From an uncultured Ignavibacteria bacterium (GTDB lineage: Bacteria > Bacteroidota > Ignavibacteria > Ignavibacteriales > Ignavibacteriaceae), in assembly GCA_963811905.1 (NCBI GenBank), contig CAWETK010000011.1:59943-123942 (forward strand): a DNA stretch of 64,000 bases. Reading direction: 5' to 3'. The notes under the pieces are model-generated. The model did no database searches. It saw only the letters and a program-made list of their open reading frames with translations, and was not told the DNA's origin. This document shows positions 19,786-29,647 of this stretch, piece after piece; positions within the stretch are counted from its first letter, which is position 1, and each line of letters begins with the position of its first letter. A program made the translations under genes and the position numbers.

Positions 19786-20421
19786 TTAATTTTTAGTTTC
19801 GGAACCAGTATCTTCCAGGGCGAAGGATCCTGTTTTTAATTTCCCCCCCGGCTGATATTTATTAATTACTACCCCGGTGGATGAAACCTGACTTTCAATG
19901 AGTTTCCAGTCAGCTGCAATTGTCCCTTCACCAAACAGTCTTTTTCCTTCACCAACCGTAACCGGAAATATCCATAAGTTATATTCATCCGCCAGGTTAT
20001 TTCTAAGTAGTGTCTGTACAAGATTGCTGCTTCCATGCACCTGTATTTCAGGACCCTTTTCTTCTTTCAGCTTTCTTATTTCATTAACTGCGTCAGATTT
20101 TATTAAAAGTGAATTATTCCAATCAGCGCTGTTGAGGGTTGTTGATACAACATATTTTTTTACAGAATTTAGTTTATCTGCAGCAGGTTCATTCTCTATC
20201 TTCGGCCAGTGAGCCGCAAATATTTCATAAGTCTTTCTGCCGAGCAGAAGATCAAAGGGCTGCACCATAAAATCATCCATGGTCTTACCCATCATATCAT
20301 CCCAGTAATGGAACGACCAGCCTCCGTACTTAAAGCTCCCTTCGGAATCCTCTTCGGGTCCTCCTGGAGCCTGCATAATCCCATCGAGAGTGACAAAAGT
20401 ATTAACCACAAGCTTTCTCAT
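19786..20421 (-). CDS. Dihydrofolate-reductase-like (RibD_C) family protein, paralog 3
   Basis: FVTLDGIMQAPGGPEED...LLGRKTYEIFAAHWP...VHGSSNLVQTLL...LWIFPVTVGEGKRLF. Confidence 0.8.
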   Translation of the reverse strand: MRKLVVNTFVTLDGIMQAPGGPEEDSEGSFKYGGWSFHYWDDMMGKTMDDFMVQPFDLLLGRKTYEIFAAHWPKIENEPAADKLNSVKKYVVSTTLNSADWNNSLLIKSDAVNEIRKLKEEKGPEIQVHGSSNLVQTLLRNNLADEYNLWIFPVTVGEGKRLFGEGTIAADWKLIESQVSSTGVVINKYQPGGKLKTGSFALEDTGSETKN

Positions 20422-20430
20422 ATTTCACCT

Positions 20431-21336
20431 TTATTTTTTTTCATTGTACGCTTTTTCCAGAACAGCAATATCAAGCTTTTTCATTTTAAGCAAATGTTCC
20501 ATTACATTCTGACTCTTTTTACCGTCATTTAATAGTTTCGGCAGAACAGCAGGAACTATCTGCCAGGATACGCCATACTTATCTTTCAGCCAGCCGCACA
20601 TTTGTGCTTTAGGATCTCCGCCCTCGGAAAGTTTATTCCAGTAATGATCAAGTTCTTTTTGATCCTCACAATTAACTACGAAAGAAATAGCTTCATTAAA
20701 TTGAAAATCGTGTTCACCGGCGCCATCCATTGCAGCAAATAAATTTCCTTCAAGAGTAAAATCTGCAAACATTATAGCTTCCGGATCATTGGGAGGATAA
20801 TCCTCGCCGTATTTAAATACATTCTCTATCTTAGCATTCTTAAAGATAGATGTATAATAATTTATTGCTTCGTTTGCTTTTCCGTAATCTTTACCTGTAA
20901 ATAATAATGATGGTACTATATTCTGTTTAAAATCATTTTCCATAAACATCAGCTGCCAGGAAACTCCAAACTTATCTTCCACCCAGCCGTATTTTTTACT
21001 CCAGTCGTATTTGTTTAATTCCATCAGAACTTTTCCGCCTTCAGATAACCTATTCCAGAGATCGTCAATTTCTTTTTCATCTTTCGAATGAACAAAAAAT
21101 GAAACTGAGGGATTTATTTTGAAAACCGGACCACCGTTAATTGCTGTAAAATTATAACCATCAATTTCAAATGAGGCTGTCATAACTGAACCAGGCTGCA
21201 TGCCCGAAGCACCTGCGCTTGCATCGTTGTATTTTGTAATACTCCCCATTTTCGAATTACCGAAAACTGAAGTATAAAATTTTGCAGCTTCTTCAGCCTG
21301 TTTATCAAACCATAAAAAAGGACTTACCTTTTGCAT
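20431..21336 (-). CDS. Two-domain PhnB-like VOC protein (3-demethylubiquinone-9 3-methyltransferase-like domain, twice)
   Basis: MQKVSPFLWFD...KYGVSWQL is repeated as VPSLLF...KYGVSWQI. The start at MQKV (21336) is preferred over the track start at 21351. Confidence 0.75.
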   Translation of the reverse strand: MQKVSPFLWFDKQAEEAAKFYTSVFGNSKMGSITKYNDASAGASGMQPGSVMTASFEIDGYNFTAINGGPVFKINPSVSFFVHSKDEKEIDDLWNRLSEGGKVLMELNKYDWSKKYGWVEDKFGVSWQLMFMENDFKQNIVPSLLFTGKDYGKANEAINYYTSIFKNAKIENVFKYGEDYPPNDPEAIMFADFTLEGNLFAAMDGAGEHDFQFNEAISFVVNCEDQKELDHYWNKLSEGGDPKAQMCGWLKDKYGVSWQIVPAVLPKLLNDGKKSQNVMEHLLKMKKLDIAVLEKAYNEKK

Positions 21337-21359
21337 TACACTTCCTTCCAAATAATTTT

Positions 21360-21929
21360 TTAAGATTTAGTTTTAGATTCATATTTATTTAGGACAATTC
21401 CGCAGTCGAACTTCCTGCTTCCGGCAAGCTTCATATCCATCTGTTTCTCAATATCTCTGAATATTGCTCGGCCATCTCCTAATATCACCGGATTGACGAA
21501 GAGGTTATACTCATCAATTAAATCTGCCTGGATAAGGGAAGACACAAAACCGGCTCCTCCGTAAACAATAATATCCTTACCATCCTGATTTTTTAGCTTT
21601 TCCACTTCTTTCTTCAAATCGCCTTGTACCAGCGAAGCATTTTTCCATACTGATTCCTGAAGTGTTTTGGTGAATACAAACTTTGGTTTATCCACCATTT
21701 TCCTGGCAAAAGGATATTCCTCACTATCAGGCTTAACATTCGACCAGTAGGATATAAATCCGTCTGTCATCTTTCTTCCCATCAGGATTGTATCAACTGA
21801 GTCTGTCAGATCATTCACATATATTTTCAATTCATCATCCCAGCCCCACGTCATCCAGTCAAGATTATCATTGATGCCTCCGACAAACCCGTCTACCGTC
21901 ATCTGCACCTGCAGCTTTAGTTTTTTCAT
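21360..21929 (-). CDS. Dihydrofolate-reductase-like (RibD_C) family protein, paralog 4
   Basis: QMTVDGFVGG...ILMGRKMTDGF...VYGGAGFVSSLIQADLIDEYNLFVNPVILGDGRAIF. Confidence 0.8.
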   Translation of the reverse strand: MKKLKLQVQMTVDGFVGGINDNLDWMTWGWDDELKIYVNDLTDSVDTILMGRKMTDGFISYWSNVKPDSEEYPFARKMVDKPKFVFTKTLQESVWKNASLVQGDLKKEVEKLKNQDGKDIIVYGGAGFVSSLIQADLIDEYNLFVNPVILGDGRAIFRDIEKQMDMKLAGSRKFDCGIVLNKYESKTKS

Positions 21930-21977
21930 TTCTGCCTTCTATACTGAAAAATATTTACCCGTATATAAACCTGGTCT

Positions 21978-22406
21978 TCAGGATTGTTTGGGCGTATAGC
22001 CAACCATCCACTGAATTCCGAATTTATCATTCACCATTCCGAAATAAGAACCCCAGAAAGTTTCTGCCTGAGGCATCGTTACCTTACCGCCTTCAGAGAG
22101 TCCTTTAAATATTTTGTCTGCTTCTTCTTTGCTTTCGGTTTCAACAGAGAGTGAAAAATTATTCCCGGGATTCAATTTATGTCCCATTGATTCAAGCGCA
22201 TCGGTTGCCATCAGGGTATTCCCCTTTCCGATTGGAAGGGAAATATGCATCAGCATTTCTTTTTCTTTACTATTAAGTTTCGACCCATCCTCAATGTCTT
22301 TGAACCGGGTGAGTCCTGCAAATTCTCCTCCGAATATGGATCGGTAAAAATTAAATGCTTCCTCGGTATTACCCGGGAAATTCAGATAGGGATTAATCGT
22401 CACCAT
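21978..22406 (-). CDS. PhnB-like VOC family protein
   Basis: INPYLNFPGNTEEAFNFYRSIFGGE...HISLPIG...FGIQWMV. Confidence 0.8.
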   Translation of the reverse strand: MVTINPYLNFPGNTEEAFNFYRSIFGGEFAGLTRFKDIEDGSKLNSKEKEMLMHISLPIGKGNTLMATDALESMGHKLNPGNNFSLSVETESKEEADKIFKGLSEGGKVTMPQAETFWGSYFGMVNDKFGIQWMVGYTPKQS

Positions 22407-22432
22407 TTTAAGCTCCTTTATTTTTATATTTA

Positions 22433-22820
22433 TTATCTTTCTTCCATAATAGAAATAAAATTACCTGCAGGATCTTTAAACCAGGCGATCGTTGGTCCCA
22501 TTCCGCGCATAATGCCTTTCTTATCAGTTTTCAGATTCTCATCATCAAAGTTTTCAAACTTTACCCCTTTAGAGGTTAATTCGTCAACTGTCTTTTCAAC
22601 ATCTTTTACCATAAAATTCAGGACAGTAAACGTTGCCGGCTGATGATTAGATTTGGGATAGATCATTATATTTTCACTGCCTTTGATATGAAGATTTAAT
22701 AATCCCTTCATTTCGGGGACTTCCGTACACTTCCAGTCCGAGCGTTTTTGTATAGAACTGTTTTGCCTTTTCGGAATCATTAACCGAAAAACTGCTGAAT
22801 GCCTTGCTGTCTTTAAGCAT
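22433..22820 (-). CDS. VOC family protein, interrupted by a 1-nt frameshift (~22715-22730)
   Basis: The N-terminal piece [31 protein letters not shown] (start at 22820) is in one frame. The remainder (...[13 protein letters not shown]...[15 protein letters not shown], track ORF 22433..22780) is in the next. Confidence 0.6.
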
Positions 22821-22859
22821 TTTGTTCACCTTTCATATAATTATAATTCTAACTCTCAG

Positions 22860-23222
22860 TTATTCATTCAAAGAGGTATCAACTATGTACGTAGTCAGTT
22901 CCTCTATCTTTCCGTCTTTGATTTTATAGATATCGCAGTTGCAGGAATTATTATTTTTTCCGGCACTTTCAACTACAACAAATTCACTTTCTGCAACAAT
23001 GTTCTTAATATTTTCAAATGAAATATTTTTATCCTTAAGCGATGACTGCCATAATTCCATCATCTCCATTGCCTGAAGGAAATTGCGCTTACCTTTAATT
23101 GACGGCATACCAACTATATTCCATTTTATATCATCTGTTAAATAGTCTATGTAAGAATCATTATTTCCTTTTATGAACTCTGACATAAATCTTAAAACAA
23201 TTTTTTTGTTTTTTAACGACAT
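22860..23222 (-). CDS. SnoaL/NTF2-like protein
   Basis: MSLKNKKIVLRFMSEFIKGNNDSYIDYLTDDIKWNIVG... has an NTF2-like N-terminal pattern. The internal ATG at 23222 is preferred over 23237. Confidence 0.55.
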   Translation of the reverse strand: MSLKNKKIVLRFMSEFIKGNNDSYIDYLTDDIKWNIVGMPSIKGKRNFLQAMEMMELWQSSLKDKNISFENIKNIVAESEFVVVESAGKNNNSCNCDIYKIKDGKIEELTTYIVDTSLNE

Positions 23223-23557
23223 TACTCTTAATCTCATCTGTAAAACTGATCCTTAATCCTGTATTCCTTTTATTGACATATAATGATGTTCTTGACGATA
23301 TTCAGTTTTAGGTTCTGAAATCATATTGATTGATCTTATTAATTTTTTGGGTTTAGTTTTAAGCTCAGTGTAAAGGTAACTGCGTTTTTTGAAAAATGGA
23401 AGGCCTGATTACGGCAATCCGGGGGGGTAAATGCGTCAATATCTAATTACTCACATTTCTAACTATTATTCAAAAATGAGTAAAATTCCAACTAATCATT
23501 TTTTGATTATTTATCTCCCGGTTATAAATTAGAGTTTGATAATAATTAAAACCAGAT

Positions 23558-23935
23558 ATGAAAGAAGACGGAAAATTAAGAATATTCCTGGGGAACTATG
23601 ATAAACAAATTGCCGCCCGGGTAATGAAACTTCGTGAAGTTCTGTCTGAGCTCCTTCCCGGCATCATTGAACAGGTCGATCTTCCGGCAAGGATGATTGC
23701 ATATGTTTACGGACAAAAATACAGGGATATGATCTGCACAATTATTCCCTCAAAAAAAGGTGTAAAGCTTGGATTTTATAGAGGGTTAGAATTGCCGGAT
23801 CCTGAAAATTTACTCGAGGGGACGGCTAAATTATCTCGTTACGTGCAGATAAATTCGGATAATCAGATCGGATCATCAGCGTTAAGAACGCTATTGATGG
23901 AAGCCCTGGAATCGTATAAAAAGAGAATTTCGTAA
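23558..23935 (+). CDS. DUF1801 (YdhG-like) domain protein
   Basis: 125 aa, with the layout ...ARVMKLREVL....P...E.......I.Y......ICTI.P.KKGVKLGF..G..L. Confidence 0.6.
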   Translation: MKEDGKLRIFLGNYDKQIAARVMKLREVLSELLPGIIEQVDLPARMIAYVYGQKYRDMICTIIPSKKGVKLGFYRGLELPDPENLLEGTAKLSRYVQINSDNQIGSSALRTLLMEALESYKKRIS

Positions 23936-24077
23936 TTAAATGACCGGACATCGCGGGGTGACTTTCCTCATATAAAGTGTAACAACGGCAACTTAAGGGG
24001 TTGATTGCGACAAACCTGTTATCTATATTCAGTCTCAATTAACCAGAACTTTGCACTAACCTAATCATTGAAATATT

Positions 24078-25058
24078 ATGAAACACATATCTATATTAAT
24101 TCCCCTTGGACACTCAAGTATGGTAAACATTGAAGGTACCTACCAGATCTTTTCTGAAGTTAATGGAATACTTAAAGAAATAGAGCGTGAGCCTATTTTT
24201 GATATTCACCTTGTAGGCGTGTCCAGAGAAACCCTGCAGACTACCGGGTTATTTACGGTGAACCCTGATGTGCTGATCGGGAACGTGAGTAAAACAGATT
24301 TAATAATAGTACCTGCTCTGTTCGGTGATCAGAAGAAAGCAGTTGAACGAAATAAAGAAATTATACCATGGATAATTGAACAGTATAAGAACGGGGCGGA
24401 GATTGCGAGCTTCTGTATAGGGTCATTTTTCCTGGCGGCTACCGGTCTTCTTGATGGCAAACGCTGTACTACACACTGGAGGTTCGCAAATGAATTCAGG
24501 AGAATGTATCCCGAAGCAAATCTTCTTGATGATAAGATAATGACGGAGGATACCGGCATCTATACAAGCGGCGGGGCATATTCTTATTTAAATCTGCTGC
24601 TCTATCTTATAGAGAAATTTGCTGGACGTGAAGTGGCTGTACTAGCTTCAAAATCGTTTATGATTGATATCGACCGCGACAGCCAGTCGCCTTTTATAAT
24701 GTTCCGCGGCCAGAAGGAACACGAGGATGAACAGGTTAAAAAAGCACAGGAGTTTATTGAAAGTAATTACCAGGATAAGATTACTGTCGAACAATTAGCT
24801 TCAATGCTCGCACTAAGCAGAAGAAACCTTGAACGCAGATTCAAAAAAGCCACCGCTAATACGGTGGTCGAATATATCCAGCGGGTTAAAGTAGAAGCGG
24901 CAAAAATGAGCCTCGAAACTTCAATGGAAAATGTCAGCGAGATAATGTATAAGGTCGGTTATACAGATACAAAAGCTTTCCGTACTACCTTTAAGAAAAT
25001 TACCGGCCTGTCGCCGATCCAATACAGAAATAAATATAACCGTGAACTGGCAGCTTAA
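24078..25058 (+). CDS. GlxA-type transcriptional regulator (DJ-1/PfpI domain plus AraC HTH)
   Basis: The N-terminal DJ-1-like domain has the elbow IASFCIGSFFLAATGLLDGKRCTTHW. The C-terminal AraC HTH reads LSRRNLERRFKKATANTVVEYIQRVKVEAAK...GYTDTKAFRTTFKKITGLSPIQYR. Confidence 0.85.
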   Translation: MKHISILIPLGHSSMVNIEGTYQIFSEVNGILKEIEREPIFDIHLVGVSRETLQTTGLFTVNPDVLIGNVSKTDLIIVPALFGDQKKAVERNKEIIPWIIEQYKNGAEIASFCIGSFFLAATGLLDGKRCTTHWRFANEFRRMYPEANLLDDKIMTEDTGIYTSGGAYSYLNLLLYLIEKFAGREVAVLASKSFMIDIDRDSQSPFIMFRGQKEHEDEQVKKAQEFIESNYQDKITVEQLASMLALSRRNLERRFKKATANTVVEYIQRVKVEAAKMSLETSMENVSEIMYKVGYTDTKAFRTTFKKITGLSPIQYRNKYNRELAA

Positions 25059-25168
25059 GTTTTATTATGATCGGGATAAATCCTAATAAACTCTGAGCGA
25101 GATGAATCCCTTTATCGCCCGGGCCGCAGTTTCTCCATTGGCAGATACCATTTGAGCAGTCTCCTGTA

Positions 25169-25307
25169 GAGGCTGACTAAAAAGTAAGACAATGTCATTT
25201 CGAGTTTACCAACCGATAGGTTGGGGAGTCTTCGACCGAGAAATCTTTTCGAATTCTAAGATTTCTTCCCTTGATCGAAATGACAGGGTTACTTTTTAGT
25301 CAACCCC
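25169..25307. mobile_element. MITE-like element (139 bp) whose ends resemble the IS1182 inverted repeats
   Basis: The left end is GAGGCTGACTAAAAAGTAAG. The reverse complement of the right end is GGGGTTGACTAAAAAGTAA. Compare the IS ends GGGGCTGTCCAAAAAGTAAG and GGGGCTGACTAATAAGTAA. It also has nested internal inverted repeats (tgtcatttcga/tcgaaatgaca; ccaacc-gata-ggttgg; agaaatctt/aagatttct). Confidence 0.55.
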
Positions 25308-25345
25308 ATTAAAATCAATTATTTACGAACCCGGCAAAAGGTTAA

Positions 25346-25622
25346 CACCTCGATTTATCGAGGTGCGGAAACTTAATTATAAGACAGCCTAACCGTTTTA
25401 ACGGTTTTAACGTTAAACCAGTTATGTAGAACCTTCTGTAAAAGTTAATACCTCTGTGCAGAGGTTAAAAGTTGACTAAAAAATAATTTCCAATTTGGAA
25501 ATCTATGGAAATCGTTTCCATTAGTTTTTTGCTTCGTCTTGATCCATATAGAACATCGTAGATGTTCCAACTATTGTAGATAAAAGCATCCCCGAAAAAT
25601 TGTGGGATCCTTGTAGAGGATC
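25346..25622. repeat. String of seven unrelated short perfect or near-perfect hairpins
   Basis: The hairpins are: 25346-25365 CACCTCGA-TTTA-TCGAGGTG; 25391-25406 AACCGTT-TT-AACGGTT; 25450-25465 ACCTCTG-TG-CAGAGGT; 25487-25501 TTTCCAA-T-TTGGAAA; 25505-25521 ATGGAAA-TCG-TTTCCAT; 25551-25567 GAACATC-GTA-GATGTTC; 25606-25622 GATCCT-TGTAG-AGGATC. Confidence 0.85.
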
Positions 25623-25737
25623 AACTATAACTATTGAACTCTGTGTGAATCTATTTGATCCGTTAAATCCGTGTCCCATTTTCGTAACTTATTTAATCGA
25701 TTTATTAAATTAACTTTCAATTTTCAATAAATGTACT

Positions 25738-26367
25738 ATGGATACAAAAGAAGCATACAACCTTTGGTCAAAGCAGTACGACAGTAACAAAAATAAAACG
25801 CGCGATATTGAAGCGAAAGCGTTAAAACAGACTCTGGCATTCTGCAATTTTAATGACTGCCTTGAGATAGGATGCGGAACCGGAAAAAATACCGTATGGC
25901 TTTCAGAGAGGGCTGAACATATTACTGCTGTAGATCTGTCGGATGAAATGCTCAACAGGGCAAAAGAGAAAATCAATTCACAAAAAGTAAATTTCCTCAC
26001 GGCAGATATTACTGGAGAATGGGATTTTATAAACAAAAAATATGATCTCATTGTATTCAGCCTTGTCCTCGAACATATTGAAAACCTGAACCATATCTTT
26101 TGTCAGGCTTCAGCATTTCTTCGTCCCGGAGGACTTGTCTACATTGGAGAACTTCATCCTTATAAACAATACCTTGGGACCAAAGCACGGTTCGAGACCG
26201 ATGAAGGATTGCAGGTGCTGAAATGCTATACTCATAATATATCAGGTTTTGTGCAGTCAGCAGTTAATAATGGATTTGAGATAAGTATTATGAATGAATT
26301 TTATGATGACGATGATCAGACAATTACACCAAGGCTTTTAACCATTCTTTTAAAAAGAAATAGTTAA
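25738..26367 (+). CDS. Class I SAM-dependent methyltransferase
   Basis: Motif I is LEIGCGTGKNT. There is an acidic post-I (VDLSDEM) and FSLVLEHI. Confidence 0.8.
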   Translation: MDTKEAYNLWSKQYDSNKNKTRDIEAKALKQTLAFCNFNDCLEIGCGTGKNTVWLSERAEHITAVDLSDEMLNRAKEKINSQKVNFLTADITGEWDFINKKYDLIVFSLVLEHIENLNHIFCQASAFLRPGGLVYIGELHPYKQYLGTKARFETDEGLQVLKCYTHNISGFVQSAVNNGFEISIMNEFYDDDDQTITPRLLTILLKRNS

Positions 26368-26552
26368 CTTCCCACGATATTGGGAGTCCAGGCTCTTTCC
26401 CTCTTCCAGTTCCGGGATAACCGATAGGTAGAGACGGGTTCACCGATTACTCAACCTTTCCCTCACTCCATTCCTCCATTTCCATCAACATATTTAATTA
26501 AATCCCTTTGCCGTATATTTGTTCACAAATTATAGTATAAAAACTTGAAATT

Positions 26553-28451
26553 ATGGCCGACAATATTGCCCCTGTTATTCTAACTGCCCTGGAACTTGAA
26601 GTACACTTCGGCGAACAGATCATCCTGGATAAAGCTTCCCTGAGTATTCACGAAGGGGACAGGATTGGTCTCGTTGGAAGAAACGGTGCAGGAAAATCAA
26701 CTTTTCTGAAAATAATTTCCGGACTCCTGGGTCCTGATACCGGTGAAGTAGCTAAAAAGAAAAATCTTGTGATTGGGTTTCTTTCGCAGGAATTTACTCT
26801 GGATGAAGACAGAAATGTTTATGATAATATTCTCTCCGGTGCAGCAAAAGAACTTAACTTGATTAAGGAGTATGAAAAGACACCGTTCGACTCGCCGAGG
26901 AAACACCATCTTGAAGAAACTATTCTCCGCCTTGATTCCTGGAACCTTGAAAAGAGGATTAAAGTGCTTGCAAAATCCCTGGATGCCCCTGAGATCAGCA
27001 GGAACATTTCAAATCTTTCCGGGGGAGAAAAGAGACGTGTTGCACTCTGCCGTGCGCTGATCTCAAAACCCGATCTCCTGATTCTGGATGAACCGACAAA
27101 CCACCTCGATACAAATTCTATCGAGTGGCTGGAGGATTTCCTTGCAGGGTATAAAGGAACCTGCGTTTTTGTTACTCACGACCGTTATTTCCTCGACAGA
27201 ATAGCCAATAGAATTGTCGAACTATCTTCGGGCACATTCTATTCTCATCCGGGAAATTATACCGATTACCTGGTTAACAAATCAGAAAGACAGGCGGTTA
27301 AGGAAGTTGAGGAACGCAAACGTCAGCAGTTTCTGAAGCGTGAACTGGAATGGGTTAGGCGCGGTCCAAGAGCAAGAAGAACTAAAGCTAAAAGCAGGCT
27401 TGATAATTTTTATGAGGTTTCCGCTCAGTCAAATGCAGAACAGGAAGTCGATGTTGATCTCATTATTCCTCCCTCTGAACGGCTCGGTAAAAAGGTAGTT
27501 GAGCTTAAAGATGTAGGGATGAAGATTGGTGATAAAACTCTGTTTGAACATTTCAGCTTTAATTTTGAAGCAGGCAAGAAAATCGGTGTGGTAGGTAATA
27601 ACGGTGTTGGAAAGACCACCTTGCTGAAAATAATTTTGGGTGAAACTTCACCTTCCAGAGGGGAAATTGAAATTGGCGAGACGACTGATTTCAATTATGT
27701 GGACCAGTCGCGGCTGCTGTTGAATGATGATGATTCTGTCATTAATGCGATTGGCGAAGGGAATGAGACAATTAAATTCGGAAGACATCGATTGAGCGTG
27801 TGGACATATTTAAGACGATTTCTTTTCACGGATGATAAAATCAATACTCAGGTAGGTAAACTATCGGGAGGAGAAAAAAGCAGACTTACTCTTGCAAAGA
27901 TATTAGCCCGGGGCGGAAATTTTCTGATGCTCGATGAACCGACAAACGATCTTGATCTTCCTACCCTGCGTATACTTGAAGAGGCTCTCATATCTTTTGA
28001 TGGATGTGTTATCGTTGTCAGTCACGATAGGTATTTCCTTAACAGGGTCTGTGAAGGAATCCTGGCACTTGAAGGAAACGGAGAGATATATTATAGCGAG
28101 GGTGATTACGATTATTATATCGCTAAGAAAAAGAATAGGCAGCGGGAAGAAATTGAATCAGAACCGGGAATAAAACAGGAACCTTCTTCCGGCCAGCAGC
28201 GCCCTAAATCAAAACCCAAAAAGCTTGGTTATAAAGAGAATCTGGAACTGGAGCAGATCGAAGAAAAAATAATTGACGCTGAATCTGATGTTGAAAAAAT
28301 CGAAAAGATATTCACCTCTCCTGATTTCTATCTGAAATTTGCAGAACAGACAAATGAACTGAACCTGAAGCTTGAGGAAGCCAAATCTAAAGTTAAGCAG
28401 CTTTATGATAGGTGGGATGAACTGGAAAGAAAAAAAGAGGAGCTATCTTAA
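26553..28451 (+). CDS. ABC-F family ATPase (Uup/EttA-type, no transmembrane domain)
   Basis: It has two ABC cassettes: Walker A GRNGAGKST and GNNGVGKTT, signatures LSGGEKRR and LSGGEKSR, and Walker B LLILDEPTNHLD and FLMLDEPTNDLD. A charged coiled-coil C-terminus follows. Confidence 0.9.
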   Translation: MADNIAPVILTALELEVHFGEQIILDKASLSIHEGDRIGLVGRNGAGKSTFLKIISGLLGPDTGEVAKKKNLVIGFLSQEFTLDEDRNVYDNILSGAAKELNLIKEYEKTPFDSPRKHHLEETILRLDSWNLEKRIKVLAKSLDAPEISRNISNLSGGEKRRVALCRALISKPDLLILDEPTNHLDTNSIEWLEDFLAGYKGTCVFVTHDRYFLDRIANRIVELSSGTFYSHPGNYTDYLVNKSERQAVKEVEERKRQQFLKRELEWVRRGPRARRTKAKSRLDNFYEVSAQSNAEQEVDVDLIIPPSERLGKKVVELKDVGMKIGDKTLFEHFSFNFEAGKKIGVVGNNGVGKTTLLKIILGETSPSRGEIEIGETTDFNYVDQSRLLLNDDDSVINAIGEGNETIKFGRHRLSVWTYLRRFLFTDDKINTQVGKLSGGEKSRLTLAKILARGGNFLMLDEPTNDLDLPTLRILEEALISFDGCVIVVSHDRYFLNRVCEGILALEGNGEIYYSEGDYDYYIAKKKNRQREEIESEPGIKQEPSSGQQRPKSKPKKLGYKENLELEQIEEKIIDAESDVEKIEKIFTSPDFYLKFAEQTNELNLKLEEAKSKVKQLYDRWDELERKKEELS

Positions 28452-29635
28452 GAATCCGGATCTTCAGGAGAATCTGAGAACTTTTTCTTTTTACTCCCTT
28501 TATAACTGTCGATCTGCAGCAATACTCCCTCAAGTTTTCCATTATCAAGAGGAATTCTTCTTGTGGTTCTTAACCCGATATTTTTACGGAGTTCAGGATT
28601 CCCGGTATAAATAAATGCTGAAGTGCCTGTGCAGTTCGTTTTAAGAAAGTCGCCTAATTCCTTATAAAGCAGCTGCACCTCCTCTTTCTCTCCCAGCCTT
28701 ATTCCGTAAGGTGGATTGGTAATAAGTACTCCGTTCTCAAAACTCTCCTTTTCCTGGAATAGTCTCTTCTTTAATTCGACCGAACCGGTGTACGGAATAT
28801 GAGATAAATTTTCCCTCGCCACATCAATTGCATTCTGCGATTTATCACTCCCGCTAATGATATTTTTCGCCAGAGGCCGGATTTGACTGTCGTACTCTTC
28901 TTTTATTTTCTTCCAGGTATCCGGATCAAATTCAGGCAGATTAAAAAATCCAAATTTCTTACGCAATTTCTGAGCCGGTATTCTGCAGTAATGCATCAAT
29001 GCTTCGCAGAGGATTGTCCCGGAACCGCACATCGGATCCCACAAAGGATTTTCTCCATCCCACTTACTTAGTCTTATAATAGCTGCAGCAAGAGTCTCCT
29101 GCATCGGTGCTTCACCCGCCAGCAGCCTGTATCCCCTTTTATGAAGCGAATCTCCGGAAGTATCAAGACTGATTACAGCAGTATCTTTTTCTATATGAAG
29201 GTTAAAACGGACATCGGGATTAACAACTTCAACATCGGGACGTTTGCCGTATCTATCTCTGAAGTAATCGGCTATTCCATCCTTAAGGCATTGTGAAGCG
29301 TAAAGGGAATTAGTTATCCTGCTTTTAGAAACGGAAGAACTGATTGCAAACGTCCTTTTAACAGAAACGAAATCCTCCCAGTGTATTTTCTTCGCTCTCT
29401 GAATCAGAATGTTTGTGGTATGACAGGGAAAAGTTACCAGAGGAGCCAGAACTCTTGATAGAAGCCTTGATGTATAATTAATTTTGTAAATCGTTGTAAT
29501 ATCAGCATTAAAATAAACGCCTTTATAATCCGGTTTGATATCAGTGGCACCTATTTCAGCCAATTCTTCTCCGCACAGGTTTTCCATCTTACCTGTTGCC
29601 TGCCCAAAGTAACCCTTTTCCAGATACTCATACAT
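28448..29635 (-). CDS. THUMP-domain class I SAM-dependent RNA methyltransferase (RlmL N-terminal-half-like)
   Basis: DPMCGSGTILCEA and ITNPPYGIRLG motifs follow an N-terminal THUMP-like region. It overlaps the convergent ABC-F stop by 4 nt. Confidence 0.8.
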   Translation of the reverse strand: MYEYLEKGYFGQATGKMENLCGEELAEIGATDIKPDYKGVYFNADITTIYKINYTSRLLSRVLAPLVTFPCHTTNILIQRAKKIHWEDFVSVKRTFAISSSVSKSRITNSLYASQCLKDGIADYFRDRYGKRPDVEVVNPDVRFNLHIEKDTAVISLDTSGDSLHKRGYRLLAGEAPMQETLAAAIIRLSKWDGENPLWDPMCGSGTILCEALMHYCRIPAQKLRKKFGFFNLPEFDPDTWKKIKEEYDSQIRPLAKNIISGSDKSQNAIDVARENLSHIPYTGSVELKKRLFQEKESFENGVLITNPPYGIRLGEKEEVQLLYKELGDFLKTNCTGTSAFIYTGNPELRKNIGLRTTRRIPLDNGKLEGVLLQIDSYKGSKKKKFSDSPEDPDS

Positions 29636-29647
29636 AGAATTAAAATT

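Noticed and set aside
25169-25307. A structured ncRNA gene, suggested by the long nested hairpin.
   Set aside because: The terminal 19 nt match the IS1182 inverted repeats in inverted orientation, which explains the fold as a MITE. No promoter or terminator signals were seen.
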